Of a stretch of DNA of 64,000 nt, positions 8,333 to 19,300 are shown piece after piece. A model generated the notes under the pieces. That model was not told the DNA's origin. It ran no database searches and saw only the letters and a list, made by a program, of their open reading frames with translations. The translations under genes were made by a program, and so were the position numbers. Each line of letters begins with the position of its first letter. Positions within the stretch are counted from its first letter, which is position 1. Source of the DNA: Patescibacteria group bacterium (lineage in GTDB: Bacteria > Patescibacteriota > Patescibacteriia > Buchananbacterales > UBA6539); assembly GCA_028688055.1 (NCBI GenBank), contig JAQTYZ010000002.1:68256-132255 (forward strand), written 5' to 3'.

Positions 8333-10548
8333 TAATCAACTCTAATAAGTTGTTTGAAAAATTCGCCGCCGTTTAGATAAATGACTTTATTATTTTTGTC
8401 TAGTAACCTCAATCTAAACTTAAGAATGTAACTTCCTTTTTTGATGCGCCTTGGGTTTAGGGTAAATTTGAATTCGGCATTATCACCTGGCTTAATTGTC
8501 GCTTTATTTAGTGGCACCCCGACCACGTTTGGTCGAACCCAGTCGTTGGCGTCATAAAAAATACTAGTTGAGCCATCGTCATTATAAAGTTCTAACGCTG
8601 TTCGGCGTGATAGCCAACTCGTTGTTTGGCTATTATTTTTTACTTTCATCGTTATTTGAACTGGCTTCCAAGTATTTTTTACAGCCAATGGCAGGTTGTG
8701 ACTTATTATTTCAGCGGAGTCACCGGTTTTAACGATAATAAATTTTCCCATTGTCGCCAGTTTAGTGGTGCTACCGTTATGGTTGGAATATAAATTGAAG
8801 TTTTGTGTTAATAAACCGTTTTGATCAATGGGGGCGGTGAGCTGGAAAGTGAAGCTGCCAGTTTGACCGGCTTGGACTGAGGCTTGATCTAAAGTAATTT
8901 TATTCATTACGCCAAATGATGTTTGGTCATCGTTTTTATTACTAACTTGTACCCAAACCGTAGTTGGCGTCCAAGTTGTTTGACCAGTATTCTTAAATTT
9001 TACTGAGACCATGGCGGCTTGGCCAGTAATTAGCTGAATACTGTCGGGGGTAATTGATTCAAATTCGCCCGCGACGCTTCCGGCTGGTGTGATAGCTGGA
9101 TCTTTAATGGTGCTATCGACGTAGTCGATGATTTCACCGGCGGGATGAAGATTGAGCAAATCAGTCGAGATAGTCAGGGCTGAGGCTTGTTTGTCCGGCC
9201 CAAAGGTTCGATTAAAAATGCCCGGGTCATCGATTCTCATGCGCTGGCCGTCAGAAATTAAATAATATTTTCCGCCGCTCAAAACAAAAGTACCATCGTC
9301 GAACAAGATCGGCGTTGAGGTTGGGTATTGGTTAAGTTGATCTGAGGTGGTCGGTTCCGGTGTGGCAGCAGCAAATTTATTTTTCCAAACGACGGGATCG
9401 ACCAAGTGTTTTAGGCCATCCTGAACTTGCCAAATGGTGCCAGTTTCATCTTTAAATAATTGACCTTGCGGATAAATTGAACTAGCCGAAATCCAGGGCC
9501 CTAAAGTGTAACCGGATAAATCAGCCTCCGGAACGAATGGCAAGTCGACATTGGTGATGGCGATTGAATAGTTTTTTAGTAAAGCTAAGGCGTTATTATC
9601 AATCACCGGACGTTTTGTCAGGCCAACTAATAAATACATTTGACCTGTTGCATCAGATTTGACTAAAGTATTGTCAGCATATTTAATTGTTGGTCCATCC
9701 GGATAGGCATTCAATTGTTGAGTCGAGGCCACGATTGCCTCATTGGCGGTATGATTTTTTAAATAGAATGTTTCCGAAGTAAATTTTCTTTTTTGGTTAT
9801 CGGCAATCAGCCAGTAGTCGTTGCCATTTCTAACAACTTGACCATCCAGAAAATTTTGGCCGGTAAAGTAGCGATTCCAAATCCGCCAAAAAAGTTTATT
9901 GGCACCATAATTGACATTAATGCCAAGCTCCGGCGCCTTACCGACATGGGGCGTATAGATATAGAGGTTGGCTGTCGCCTTGTTAGCCGGTGTCACCGGA
10001 TAACCATCATAAGTCATCGTGGTCTGCCCGACCTTAAAAGAAAATTGTCCGGCGCGATCCCAGTAAATTTGTTGGGTTTCCGCTGTTGCTTGAACTTGAT
10101 TATAAAAACCTTGATATTTGTCTTTGCAGCCGCCATTAAAACAACTGTAGCCAGTGGCCCAGTCGAGCGCTTTTTCGGTAGCCGAACTTTTTTGGACTAA
10201 CCCTTGTTCTTTTTCGAGCGTGGTTAATAAAAATTCGGGATTGATATTCGTGGCTTGGCCAACATTCCAAATTATCTCTGATGCTTTTTGGGCTACGCCG
10301 TTGATGATTTGGCTATAACGCGCTAAGACGCTATTTTCTCTTTCCAGGAAAACTTGAATGGCGGTTTTTGAGAGCGCATCTTTATTGGTTAAGTCAGCAT
10401 CGGTAATAATATTATTTGGATCAAAGGTTCTGGCCTGGGCCATGGTTGGTAAAATAACAAAAAGAGCTAAGGCACTAATTCTTAGCTTGAATGGTAACTT
10501 AGAAATTTTTTTTGTTTTATTTTTTTTGTAACTTCGGCGAAAAAACAT
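8332..10548 (-). CDS. Large secreted hypothetical protein (738 aa)
   Basis: Signal peptide ISALALFVILPTMAQA. No recognisable catalytic motif. Beta-rich repetitive C-terminal half. Confidence 0.5.
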   Translation of the reverse strand: MFFRRSYKKNKTKKISKLPFKLRISALALFVILPTMAQARTFDPNNIITDADLTNKDALSKTAIQVFLERENSVLARYSQIINGVAQKASEIIWNVGQATNINPEFLLTTLEKEQGLVQKSSATEKALDWATGYSCFNGGCKDKYQGFYNQVQATAETQQIYWDRAGQFSFKVGQTTMTYDGYPVTPANKATANLYIYTPHVGKAPELGINVNYGANKLFWRIWNRYFTGQNFLDGQVVRNGNDYWLIADNQKRKFTSETFYLKNHTANEAIVASTQQLNAYPDGPTIKYADNTLVKSDATGQMYLLVGLTKRPVIDNNALALLKNYSIAITNVDLPFVPEADLSGYTLGPWISASSIYPQGQLFKDETGTIWQVQDGLKHLVDPVVWKNKFAAATPEPTTSDQLNQYPTSTPILFDDGTFVLSGGKYYLISDGQRMRIDDPGIFNRTFGPDKQASALTISTDLLNLHPAGEIIDYVDSTIKDPAITPAGSVAGEFESITPDSIQLITGQAAMVSVKFKNTGQTTWTPTTVWVQVSNKNDDQTSFGVMNKITLDQASVQAGQTGSFTFQLTAPIDQNGLLTQNFNLYSNHNGSTTKLATMGKFIIVKTGDSAEIISHNLPLAVKNTWKPVQITMKVKNNSQTTSWLSRRTALELYNDDGSTSIFYDANDWVRPNVVGVPLNKATIKPGDNAEFKFTLNPRRIKKGSYILKFRLRLLDKNNKVIYLNGGEFFKQLIRVD

Positions 10549-10674
10549 AGCGTTGCTAGTGTTGGTATTTTATCATTTTTTTAGTGGTTTGTAAATATTT
10601 GGCAGTTGTCTCGCTTTGTGGTATATTATAAGCAGTTTTATTAAATAAAAATCATCAAGAAAGGGGGTGAGAAT

Positions 10675-11034
10675 ATGAAAAAAGGATTAATTATTGCTTC
10701 AATGGTTTTTCTATTCGCGCTATCCGTTATGCCGGCCTTAGCTTTGGATGTTGGTTTAAATTACGGCACTTACACTGGTTTAGGAACAAAGGACTTGCGT
10801 GAAGGTATAATGGCAATTGTTAACGTCTTGATGGGCTTTTTGGGTATTATCGCCATCATTATCATTTTGTACGGCGGTTTCACTTGGATGACTGCCGGTG
10901 GTAATGAAGAAAAGGTCAGTCAGGCCAAAAAGATTATCACTGCCGGCATCGTCGGTTTGGTAATCATCTTCATTTCATTTGCTATCGCCAGCTTCGTCAT
11001 TACGCAGTTAATTTCCGCCACTGGCGCTGTTTAA
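10675..11034 (+). CDS. TrbC/VirB2-like pilin-family protein (distant ninth paralog, near-identical to 2473-2832)
   Basis: YGGFTWMTAGGNEEKVSQAKKII. Same AAGGGGGTGAGAAT leader. An extended -10 (TGGTATATT) lies near 10619-10627. Confidence 0.6.
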   Translation: MKKGLIIASMVFLFALSVMPALALDVGLNYGTYTGLGTKDLREGIMAIVNVLMGFLGIIAIIIILYGGFTWMTAGGNEEKVSQAKKIITAGIVGLVIIFISFAIASFVITQLISATGAV

Positions 11035-11076
11035 ACAATAAAATTACTTAAGGCTTTTCCGTTTGGTAAATTATTT

Positions 11077-11748
11077 ATGCCATCAATCAACGACTGGGGG
11101 TCGGTTGCGACCTCTTCCCTAAATGAAATTTGGTTTCGCTTTGTCGATTTGGTCCCTAACCTGATTGGCGCCGCGTTAGTTTTGATTGTTGGTATTTTTT
11201 TGGCGCAGGCCGTTGGTCGCGTCATTGCCAAACTGATTCATAAAATTTATGTCGATCGCGCTGCCGAAACTACTGGTCTAACCACTTTTTTGCAGCGCCT
11301 TGGATTTAAACTTGAAATCAGTAGAGCCTTAGGTCTTCTGGTTACCTGGTTTTTGTATATCATTATTTTAGTCGCCACCGCTGAAATTTTGGGTCTTGAT
11401 CAGATTTCTCAATTTTTGGGTTCGGTGGTCCTCTATATCCCAAACGTCCTGATTGCCGTGGTTATTTTGCTCGTTGGCATTATCGTTTCTAATTTTGTTC
11501 ACACGTTAGTTAAAGAAATGTCGATTGCCGCTAATTTAGATTTTGCCGATTCGTTAGCTAATGTTGCCAAATGGGCGTTGTTAATTTTTACCTTTATGGC
11601 CGCCCTAATTCAGCTTCGGGTGGCCACGGAGTTAATTCAGATTTTATTTACCGGTTTGGTGTTAATGGTTTCCTTGGCCGGTGGTATTGCTTTTGGGCTT
11701 GGTGGTAAAGATCAGGCTAAAGAATTTTTAGATAAATTGATTAAGTAG
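11077..11748 (+). CDS. Membrane protein with TM_helix repeats (mechanosensitive-channel-related N-terminal repeat family)
   Basis: Three repeats of the type LVPNLIGAALVLIVGIFLAQAVGRVIAKLI. Confidence 0.5.
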   Translation: MPSINDWGSVATSSLNEIWFRFVDLVPNLIGAALVLIVGIFLAQAVGRVIAKLIHKIYVDRAAETTGLTTFLQRLGFKLEISRALGLLVTWFLYIIILVATAEILGLDQISQFLGSVVLYIPNVLIAVVILLVGIIVSNFVHTLVKEMSIAANLDFADSLANVAKWALLIFTFMAALIQLRVATELIQILFTGLVLMVSLAGGIAFGLGGKDQAKEFLDKLIK

Positions 11749-11765
11749 TAGGTTTTAATAAAAAA

Positions 11766-11793
11766 ATAACCCCCGACGTGCGGGGGTTTTATC
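11766..11793. terminator. Intrinsic terminator
   Basis: CCCCCGACGTGCGGGGG followed by TTTTAT. Confidence 0.65.
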
Positions 11794-11801
11794 ATTGCCA
11801 A

Positions 11802-12470
11802 TTATTTTATTTCAGCTAAGCCGTAAATGGCAAAGGGTTTTTGTCGTTCAAGTGCCCAGATTTGATTGCCATAATCGAAATGCCACCATTCATATTGGTC
11901 AAATCGAAAACCGCCGGTCACCATCGCTTCGCGCAGCAATTTTCGGTTAGCTCTGATTTTTTGGTCAAGTTCAGGATGATTTTCATAATATAAGGCCGCG
12001 TCTTCATCGCTAAAATGATCAAACTCACCACCCATATTAAGTTCCTGGCCATCTTGATCGACCAAGGTCAGATCGACCGCGCCGCCGGTTAAATGGAGTG
12101 GTATTTTTTTAGGGTTATAAGGGTCGGAGACAAAAGTTAAAGTTCGGTCTTTAAGTTGTTCGTCGTTCCAAGTTGGGTTAAGTTTTTTCAGTTTGTCGTG
12201 AAGTGTATCATAGAGAATTTTTTGCGTTTTGTAGTCGCGCCAACCGTCCCAAATTTTAATTTTATGGTCCCCGAGACTTTTTTGAACTTCTAAAAGTTTT
12301 TTGGCTGCTGACTCACGTAAGTACATTGCTGTTCGATCAGCGATATTATTTTTGAAGTACATCGGTTCGAGTACAAAACCATAAGCTTTGAGATTAACCA
12401 GCGGTTCGCCGCACTCTTTAATAATAATATGTTCGTAATCTCTAATCATAGGATAGCTATAATCAGCCAA
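11802..12470 (-). CDS. D-alanyl-D-alanine dipeptidase (VanX/DdpX, peptidase M15D)
   Basis: Length and motifs (...SDPYNP...HLTGGAVDLTLV...EWWHFDYG) typical of the VanX family. Confidence 0.65.
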   Translation of the reverse strand: MADYSYPMIRDYEHIIIKECGEPLVNLKAYGFVLEPMYFKNNIADRTAMYLRESAAKKLLEVQKSLGDHKIKIWDGWRDYKTQKILYDTLHDKLKKLNPTWNDEQLKDRTLTFVSDPYNPKKIPLHLTGGAVDLTLVDQDGQELNMGGEFDHFSDEDAALYYENHPELDQKIRANRKLLREAMVTGGFRFDQYEWWHFDYGNQIWALERQKPFAIYGLAEIK

Positions 12471-13723
12471 AATAAAATTGCTAAGTCATTTTTAAAATAG
12501 GGGACATCAATTAAGCCATGAATTATAATTGTGATCATCGCCGCCATGATTCCTAACGTCAACCACTTGTCTGTTTTTATTTTTACTATCCCTGACTTGA
12601 AAAACTGGACCATTAGTAGCGCCATACCGGTTAGTCCAATCAAGCCGATTTCGACCCAGAAATTTAGAATAATATTGTGCGGGTACAGTAAGGGTTCTAA
12701 TTTTAGCGGGTCACGCCATTGATTTTGGATTTTAGCAAAGCCCAAGATGCCCGCGCCAGCAACAAAGTTAGTCGGGCTGGCGGTTAAATAATTATTGGCC
12801 ATTTGCCAAAGTTCTAAACGGTTTTGGCTTGAGCTGCTTTTGACGACTCCGGACAGCAGCGACGGTTGCAACGAAATTGCTAACAGGCCAATGATAAATA
12901 TTATTAGCACTGCCGCAACAGTTTTTTTCTGGCTGACGCCAAAAAATAACATGAAAATAAGAGCCGCTGTTAATCCCAACCACGTCCCTTCGGACCAGGT
13001 AAAAAATATTGCCACTAAGCTGATTAATATTAGGGAAGCTTTAAGGACGGTTGGCCAGATTTTTTTTATTTCGCTTAGCAACCAACCAAAGTAAATGGCA
13101 ACAATGGGTGCCAAATAAAGTCCCACGGCATTGGGCGATGAGAATATTGAAGTAACCCGTCGGTGCGCCATCGCGGTCCAGGCTGGCTCATAAATACCAA
13201 AGCCAGTAAATTTTTGGTCAATGGCCAATAAGGCGATTGGTAAAGCCGAAATACCCAGTGACCATAAAATAATTTTTTGGTTTTTCTTTCCTGGCCAGAT
13301 ATTATATAGCAGCACAAAAAACATAATTGGCTCGATGAAATAAGCTTTCCATAAACCGGCCGCTTCGATTTTATTAGGTGCAATAATCATCCCAATCGTC
13401 GCGCCGACTAAAATTAAAATAATCGCCGCTCGATAAGGATACTGCCCGCCTCGCTTTATTTTATGTTTTATTAAATTGGCAATCGTGAAGCTTACAAAAA
13501 CCACCCAGATTAGAAGTTCTAAAAAAGTGATTGGCAAAAATGCCAAACGTGAGCGAAATAAATAAGTTGGCAAGCAGATAATAATTAAGCTTACCGCCCA
13601 AGCTGGTTTTTTGCTGGCCAGATAGCCGGCCAGCACGACGATAATAAGCAAGCCGATGTTAATCGGCCACCAGAACTGATTTAAGACGTGCGCAATTTGC
13701 CAATTGAAATCAAACCAAAACAT
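12446..13723 (-). CDS. Polytopic membrane protein, O-antigen ligase/polymerase-like
   Basis: About 10-12 predicted transmembrane segments. Glycoconjugate context (flippase and HD protein adjacent). Confidence 0.4.
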   Translation of the reverse strand: MFWFDFNWQIAHVLNQFWWPINIGLLIIVVLAGYLASKKPAWAVSLIIICLPTYLFRSRLAFLPITFLELLIWVVFVSFTIANLIKHKIKRGGQYPYRAAIILILVGATIGMIIAPNKIEAAGLWKAYFIEPIMFFVLLYNIWPGKKNQKIILWSLGISALPIALLAIDQKFTGFGIYEPAWTAMAHRRVTSIFSSPNAVGLYLAPIVAIYFGWLLSEIKKIWPTVLKASLILISLVAIFFTWSEGTWLGLTAALIFMLFFGVSQKKTVAAVLIIFIIGLLAISLQPSLLSGVVKSSSSQNRLELWQMANNYLTASPTNFVAGAGILGFAKIQNQWRDPLKLEPLLYPHNIILNFWVEIGLIGLTGMALLMVQFFKSGIVKIKTDKWLTLGIMAAMITIIIHGLIDVPYFKNDLAILFWLIIAIL

Positions 13724-13724
13724 A

Positions 13725-14723
13725 TTAATTCAAAATCTTTATATAAAATCCTTTTTTAACTTTGGCCGCCCAGGCGGCAACTCTTTGGTAGTAGACCGGG
13801 TCGACTTTTGACAGCCGGATTAATTTGCCATCCTGCAAAAAGTAGGGGTCAACGACCCGAGTTTTTGAAGTGCCCCAGAAGTCAGCCGCTGTTTTTTTGG
13901 ATACGATTTTAATTTTTAAATTTTTGATTTGTTGCAATTTTTTGGTAATGATTGGATTTTTAGTGTGGCCTAACTTTTTTAGAATGTATTCATCGGTAGT
14001 ATAAAGTTCTTTTTTGGTAATAATTTTTTTTGTCAGCGCTTCACGGAGGACCTGGGCTGAGATGGTATAAATGGCAATTTGGAGCGGTTTGCACCAGTTA
14101 TTTCGGTTATGCTTTTCATAAAGTCGAGCGAATGCTTGGGCGCCGCTCCGGCTTTTAAATACAAACTGCTGCTGATAAACGGTCAGGTCTTTTAAGATTT
14201 TTTTGGGATCAGCGGTATCAAATACTTTAGCCCAAGGATCGGATAACGTGTAATCAATGCGATCAGCACACAGATCCGGTAAATCGCGTTCGGCTAATGG
14301 AAAGGTGCTCGTGCTTAGAATTTTAGTATGGTTAAAGCCATACTTTTTTAAAATTGCGTTGACCCCCTGAAGTTGAAAGGCTTTTCCTAGTCGATCGTCT
14401 TGATAGCTGTGTTTACTGGTGTCCTTATTAAATAAAAAATCGGCAACGTGAGAAAATACCGTGTGTGATATGTCGTGGAGCAACCCATGGAGCTGTTCTT
14501 CAATGCTAGCATTAAACTTTCGCAACAATAACATAACGCCGATTGAGTGGTCATAACGACTAAAGTGATGACTTTTTTTCCAGCTTTGGTGCAACTGCCA
14601 AGTGCCGTGCTGTTCGATTTTTTTTAGTCGTTGGAGCGCTGGCGATTTAATTAAATCAATCAGTACTGGCTCCTTAATTGTAACGTGCCCATAAAGTGGG
14701 CTATTAATTTTTATGGCTTTCAT
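13725..14723 (-). CDS. HD-domain phosphohydrolase
   Basis: HSIGVMLL...LLHDISHTVFSH motif. Confidence 0.6.
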   Translation of the reverse strand: MKAIKINSPLYGHVTIKEPVLIDLIKSPALQRLKKIEQHGTWQLHQSWKKSHHFSRYDHSIGVMLLLRKFNASIEEQLHGLLHDISHTVFSHVADFLFNKDTSKHSYQDDRLGKAFQLQGVNAILKKYGFNHTKILSTSTFPLAERDLPDLCADRIDYTLSDPWAKVFDTADPKKILKDLTVYQQQFVFKSRSGAQAFARLYEKHNRNNWCKPLQIAIYTISAQVLREALTKKIITKKELYTTDEYILKKLGHTKNPIITKKLQQIKNLKIKIVSKKTAADFWGTSKTRVVDPYFLQDGKLIRLSKVDPVYYQRVAAWAAKVKKGFYIKILN

Positions 14724-16138
14724 TTTATTGAAATAATTTCGGCCACTAATTTTTTATTGATGGCCCCAAGTAAAACCAACATTAAGCCATACACTGCCGC
14801 GCCGATAACAATGGAAGCCGCTAGGTTGATTGTTGGAAAATAGGCTAGAGTGCCGCCCATTACCGCTGCCGCGACAATAATTTTGGCCACCAAATTAATT
14901 TTTGGCAAAAAACTTATTTTTTTATATAAAACATAACTGGCGGTCACTAAAATAAAGCCTTCGGTAAAAACCGTCATCCAAGCCGCCCCCCAATATGAGT
15001 AGCGGGGGATAAAGATCAAGTAGCCGATAATTGAAACAACGGCATTAATAAAATAAAATTTAATCATTTGTTTCTGGGCGTTGAGGGCCACGACGGCATA
15101 GCCAAACAGGCTGGCAATAAAAATAGTTGCTGTCGCAATCAAGAGGATTTTAATAATATCACCCGAGATGATAAAATCGGCGCCAGCGATTAAGGCCATT
15201 AATGGCCGACCCAAAAAATAGCCGCCGACGACCATCGGTATTGCTAGCATCATTAAAAAGTCAAACGCTGATTGAATGGTTGTTTTTAGTTTATTAAAAT
15301 CTTTAATGGCCACCGCGGTTGCCAGAATTGGCAGGATTAAACCCAAGAAGATATAGACGGTATTAATGAGGACGTCTAAAACCCGATAGGGAGCGCCGTA
15401 CAAACCAACTTCCGCTTGGGTTCGCGTCAGTGACATGATAATAATATCACCTTTGAAATAAATTAGGTTTAGGGCAATGGTTAAGGCAATTGGCCAAGTT
15501 TGGCTGAGGATTTTTTTCCAGACGGTTTGGTTTATTTCAAATTTTAATTTAATTTTTTTATCAGCAAAATATAATAAAATGGCCAACGTCAGTAAACTGT
15601 CTAAAGTAATGGCGGCAATCACGGCGATTAGGCCTAAGTTGAAATAAATCGCTAACAAAATACCAGCTAAATAAATAATTTTGGCCACCACCTCGGCGAT
15701 GGCCAGCTTGTGCATGATTAAATGTTTTTGGAAATAGCTGGTTAAAGTTGAAACCAGCGAACTAAAAACAAAACCAATGGCGGCAACAATTGTGCCGGCT
15801 TTAATAATCGTTGGGTAAGGAAAAAAAATAATTACCAGCGGCGCAATGCCTAAAAAAATCAACGACGCCACTAGTCGCAGCGATAGGGCATTGCTAAGGA
15901 TTTCACTTTCGTTTTCGTTTGGGTCAGAAATTAATTGGGTGGTGGTCATCTGTAATCCGAGGTCAACTAAAATTCCGAAGACGGCCAGGAAGCCGTAAAT
16001 CGTCGTGTAATAACCAAAACCTTCTTGACCTAAATATCTCGTCATCGCTCCAAAACCGATTAAGGCCATCGCCACGGTAATGGTTTTGCCAAGTAGTTGG
16101 ATGATGGTGTTGTGCGCAATTTTTTTAATTTCCGTCAT
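14720..16138 (-). CDS. Polysaccharide/oligosaccharide flippase (MOP/Wzx-type)
   Basis: 472 aa with about 12-14 transmembrane segments. Wzx-like N-terminus MTEIKKIAHNTIIQLLGKTITVAMALIGFG. Confidence 0.6.
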   Translation of the reverse strand: MTEIKKIAHNTIIQLLGKTITVAMALIGFGAMTRYLGQEGFGYYTTIYGFLAVFGILVDLGLQMTTTQLISDPNENESEILSNALSLRLVASLIFLGIAPLVIIFFPYPTIIKAGTIVAAIGFVFSSLVSTLTSYFQKHLIMHKLAIAEVVAKIIYLAGILLAIYFNLGLIAVIAAITLDSLLTLAILLYFADKKIKLKFEINQTVWKKILSQTWPIALTIALNLIYFKGDIIIMSLTRTQAEVGLYGAPYRVLDVLINTVYIFLGLILPILATAVAIKDFNKLKTTIQSAFDFLMMLAIPMVVGGYFLGRPLMALIAGADFIISGDIIKILLIATATIFIASLFGYAVVALNAQKQMIKFYFINAVVSIIGYLIFIPRYSYWGAAWMTVFTEGFILVTASYVLYKKISFLPKINLVAKIIVAAAVMGGTLAYFPTINLAASIVIGAAVYGLMLVLLGAINKKLVAEIISIK

Positions 16139-16170
16139 ACATCAGGAATGATAACATTTATTAAGCTTGG

Positions 16171-16199
16171 TTGACAAAAAGTTTTTGTTGTGCTATACT
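16171..16199 (+). promoter_or_regulatory. Sigma70-type promoter (TTGACA-17-TATACT). It is one copy of a duplicated 38-nt promoter module
   Basis: TTGACAAAAAGTTTTTGTTGTGCTATACT. An identical copy sits at 19877-19905 and a truncated copy at 63991-64000. Confidence 0.7.
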
Positions 16200-16395
16200 A
16201 TATTTAGTGAGGGCTTAGTTGCGCTCTTCTTTATTATCTCAAATTACCTCCAAGAGGTTTTTAATTTCTTAATAATTAAAAGAATACGTATGACTCTAAG
16301 GTCATTCGATTCTAGTATCACAAAGCGGCGGCTGTGGTTAGTCATTACCGTAAAGTTGGGTATTAATCCCAACTCTTTTTAGTTATTGAAATTGT

Positions 16396-19300
16396 ATGGC
16401 GGACCGGAAAAAAATAAATTGGCGTGGTCCACGCGTTAAGGTGGTCGGTGTTTTATTATTTGGGTCTGTCATGTTGGTTGGTGGCGTGTTGGTTTTTCGA
16501 TTGGTTATAAATCATGGTCGGGTCTTAGGCGAGTATACTGTTGCCACCACGGACAATCCATTAGTTGCTACAATTACTGTTGATGAGTCAGCTTGGTTTA
16601 CCAATGTAACTTCCTGGCGGCCGGATGGCTTTTCGGTCACCAAAGGATATGCTCCTTTCCCCGTTTTTTTTCAGGGTTGGGAGTCGACCCCAAGAGCCGA
16701 GCTTGTTGATTATAACTGGAATTTTGGCGATCCCGGTGCGATTGGTAAAAATTTAAATATTTTAACTGGTTTTAACTCGGCCCACGTCTTTGAACAGCCG
16801 GGCAACTATCGTGTCACCTTAACGGTCAAAAACCGCCAAGGCCAAACGGCTCAAGCCACGATTGACGTTGAAGTTTTAGAACGGCCTAGTACTGGTAAGT
16901 ATTACGTTGATTCGATTAATGGCCGTGATACTTATACTGGTAAGTGCCAAACCTATTCCGTCACTGACAATTGTGGCCCTTGGCAAACGGCGGAAAAGGC
17001 GTTCGCCAACGTTTATGTTCATCCTACTGGTGGCGACTCTTCTTTTTATCAATATGGTGATAGTGTCTTATTTAAACGAGGGGGTACTTATCCGATAATG
17101 ACTGGCACCACCACCGAAATCTGGATCCAGGGTGTACTATTTGGAGCTTATGGTGAGGGGGCTAAACCTATCATCCAATATAACGGTAGCACGGATTCTG
17201 TTAATGGTGCTGCTGGTCGAGTGATTACTGGGAAAGCTGGTTCACACGATGTTTATTTTCAAGATTTAAATTTTGAATTCAAAAATCCTACCGTCAGCGC
17301 TCGCTTAACCGGCTTAATCAGTGTTGCTGATCAAAGCCGCGGCTTTCTTTTCTTGCGCGTTGACGCTGAAGATCCCAGAGCTTCCTTGTTTCGTTTTGGT
17401 GGTCCTAGCTCGGCCGCAATGGCGAATGAAGCAATCGTTACCGGTGTTTATGTAATTGATAGCTCCGTTAAACTAAATTATTATGGTCAAGATTCGGTTA
17501 ATGATCCAAATTTTGGCGGCAGTGATATGTTTTTTGGTTATATGCGCAATATGGCTTGGATCGGCAATACTTTTGACAAGTCTGATGGTCACATCGCCTA
17601 TTTATCACATCTAAATAAAGCCGTCATTATCAATAACGTCTTTAGTCGTCCGGCTTTTAGTAGAAATGCGTTGAGAATTGACGGCAGTTTGGTTAATAAT
17701 AAAGGTACCAATAATGTTTATGTCGCCGATAATTATTTTCTCGGTTGGCGGGATCCGATTGATAGTACTCGCAGTGACGCTGGTGGTGCTATTCACAATG
17801 GTGGCGGTACCAGATATAACTTGGAATTGATTCACCTGGGGCCGAATAGTGGCCTGACTGATCAATCTATTAGTGACGTTGTTTTTGAGCGTAATATCGT
17901 CACTAATTATGAAAGTGTGATGTCCATTGCTGACGCTGATAACATTATAATTCGCAATAATTTATTTATTACGCCAAATCAGCAGGCGGTTTCTCCCGGT
18001 AGTTTAGTAATTGGCAATCGTGACTGGGAAAAAAGACCGAATAATAATATTACGATCGTTGGCAACACTTTTGCTATCCAGTCAAAATCTCCCTCCGGTG
18101 CTTTACCGTCGGCGGCCTTTTATATTAATCCATATAATACTAGCCGCGGCACGACCATTGGTATCACGCAGCACACCAATATAAAAATTCTCAATAACCT
18201 GGTTTATCGCCCCCAAGCTAGTTCGCCGGTTATCGCGGCTTTTAATTATAATCCGCCGGCTACTTTAAAGTCGCAATTACACTTTGATGGCAATCTCTAT
18301 TACGCCCAGACCGCCACCGATGACAAGATGTTTGCTTATTTTAACTGGAGTGGCAATACGGTTGTCTCCACAACCTATTATACTTTTTCTGAATGGCAGA
18401 CTTTAAAAGATGCCAATGGCGTTGGTTATAACTATGACCCAAGTAGCCAAGCGTCTAGTAGTTTAGCCTTTGCCTCGTTGTTATTTAATTCATTACCGGT
18501 ATTTTACTCAAATAATCCAGGTTATCCTTTTACTTTAGACGATAATATCAGCCAAGCCGATTCCTATAAGGAGATGTTTAAATTAATTAATAATGCCACT
18601 AATCCCGCCATTGACAATGGTGTTGATCTTAACAACTATCTGCCCAGTAATTATTTACCTTACGATTTTAGTGGTAACGAGCGGCCGGATGGCTCATTAT
18701 TAAATGGTACAAATTATGATATCGGCGCCTATGAAATATATAAAAATTCCGTTCCGAAACCCGCTCCTTGCGTGGAGCATTGGTCTTGCAGTGCTTGGTT
18801 AACCTGCAGTTCATCGAGTTCTCAGACCAGAACCTGCACTGACGCCAATCATTGCGGTACCACGGTAACTAAGCCGCTGGAAAGTCAAAGTTGCGTCCCT
18901 GCGCCATCCGCTTGTGTGGAGAGTTGGTCTTGTACTAGCTGGTCGGCGTGTGCCGCCAATAATACCCAATCGCGTTTATGCGCCGATGCAAATAATTGCA
19001 GCACCACTAACGACAAACCTAGCATTTCGCAGTCTTGTGGCAATACTTCTACTCCTAATGCCAGTGCTGGGTCCGGTGGCGCACCACCGCCGACGGTAAC
19101 TTTGACACCATCACCAACCACGGAGACCGAAAATAGCACTACGCCAACCGCCCCGTTACTCAGCGGGTCATTAGTCAAAACCGCTAATTCACCCAAGCTT
19201 TATTTAATTGGCGCCGACCGTAAAATAAGATATATCCCAACTTACGGCATCTTTTTAGCCAATCGATTCTTAAGCAAGCATATTGAAGTCTTATCCGATT

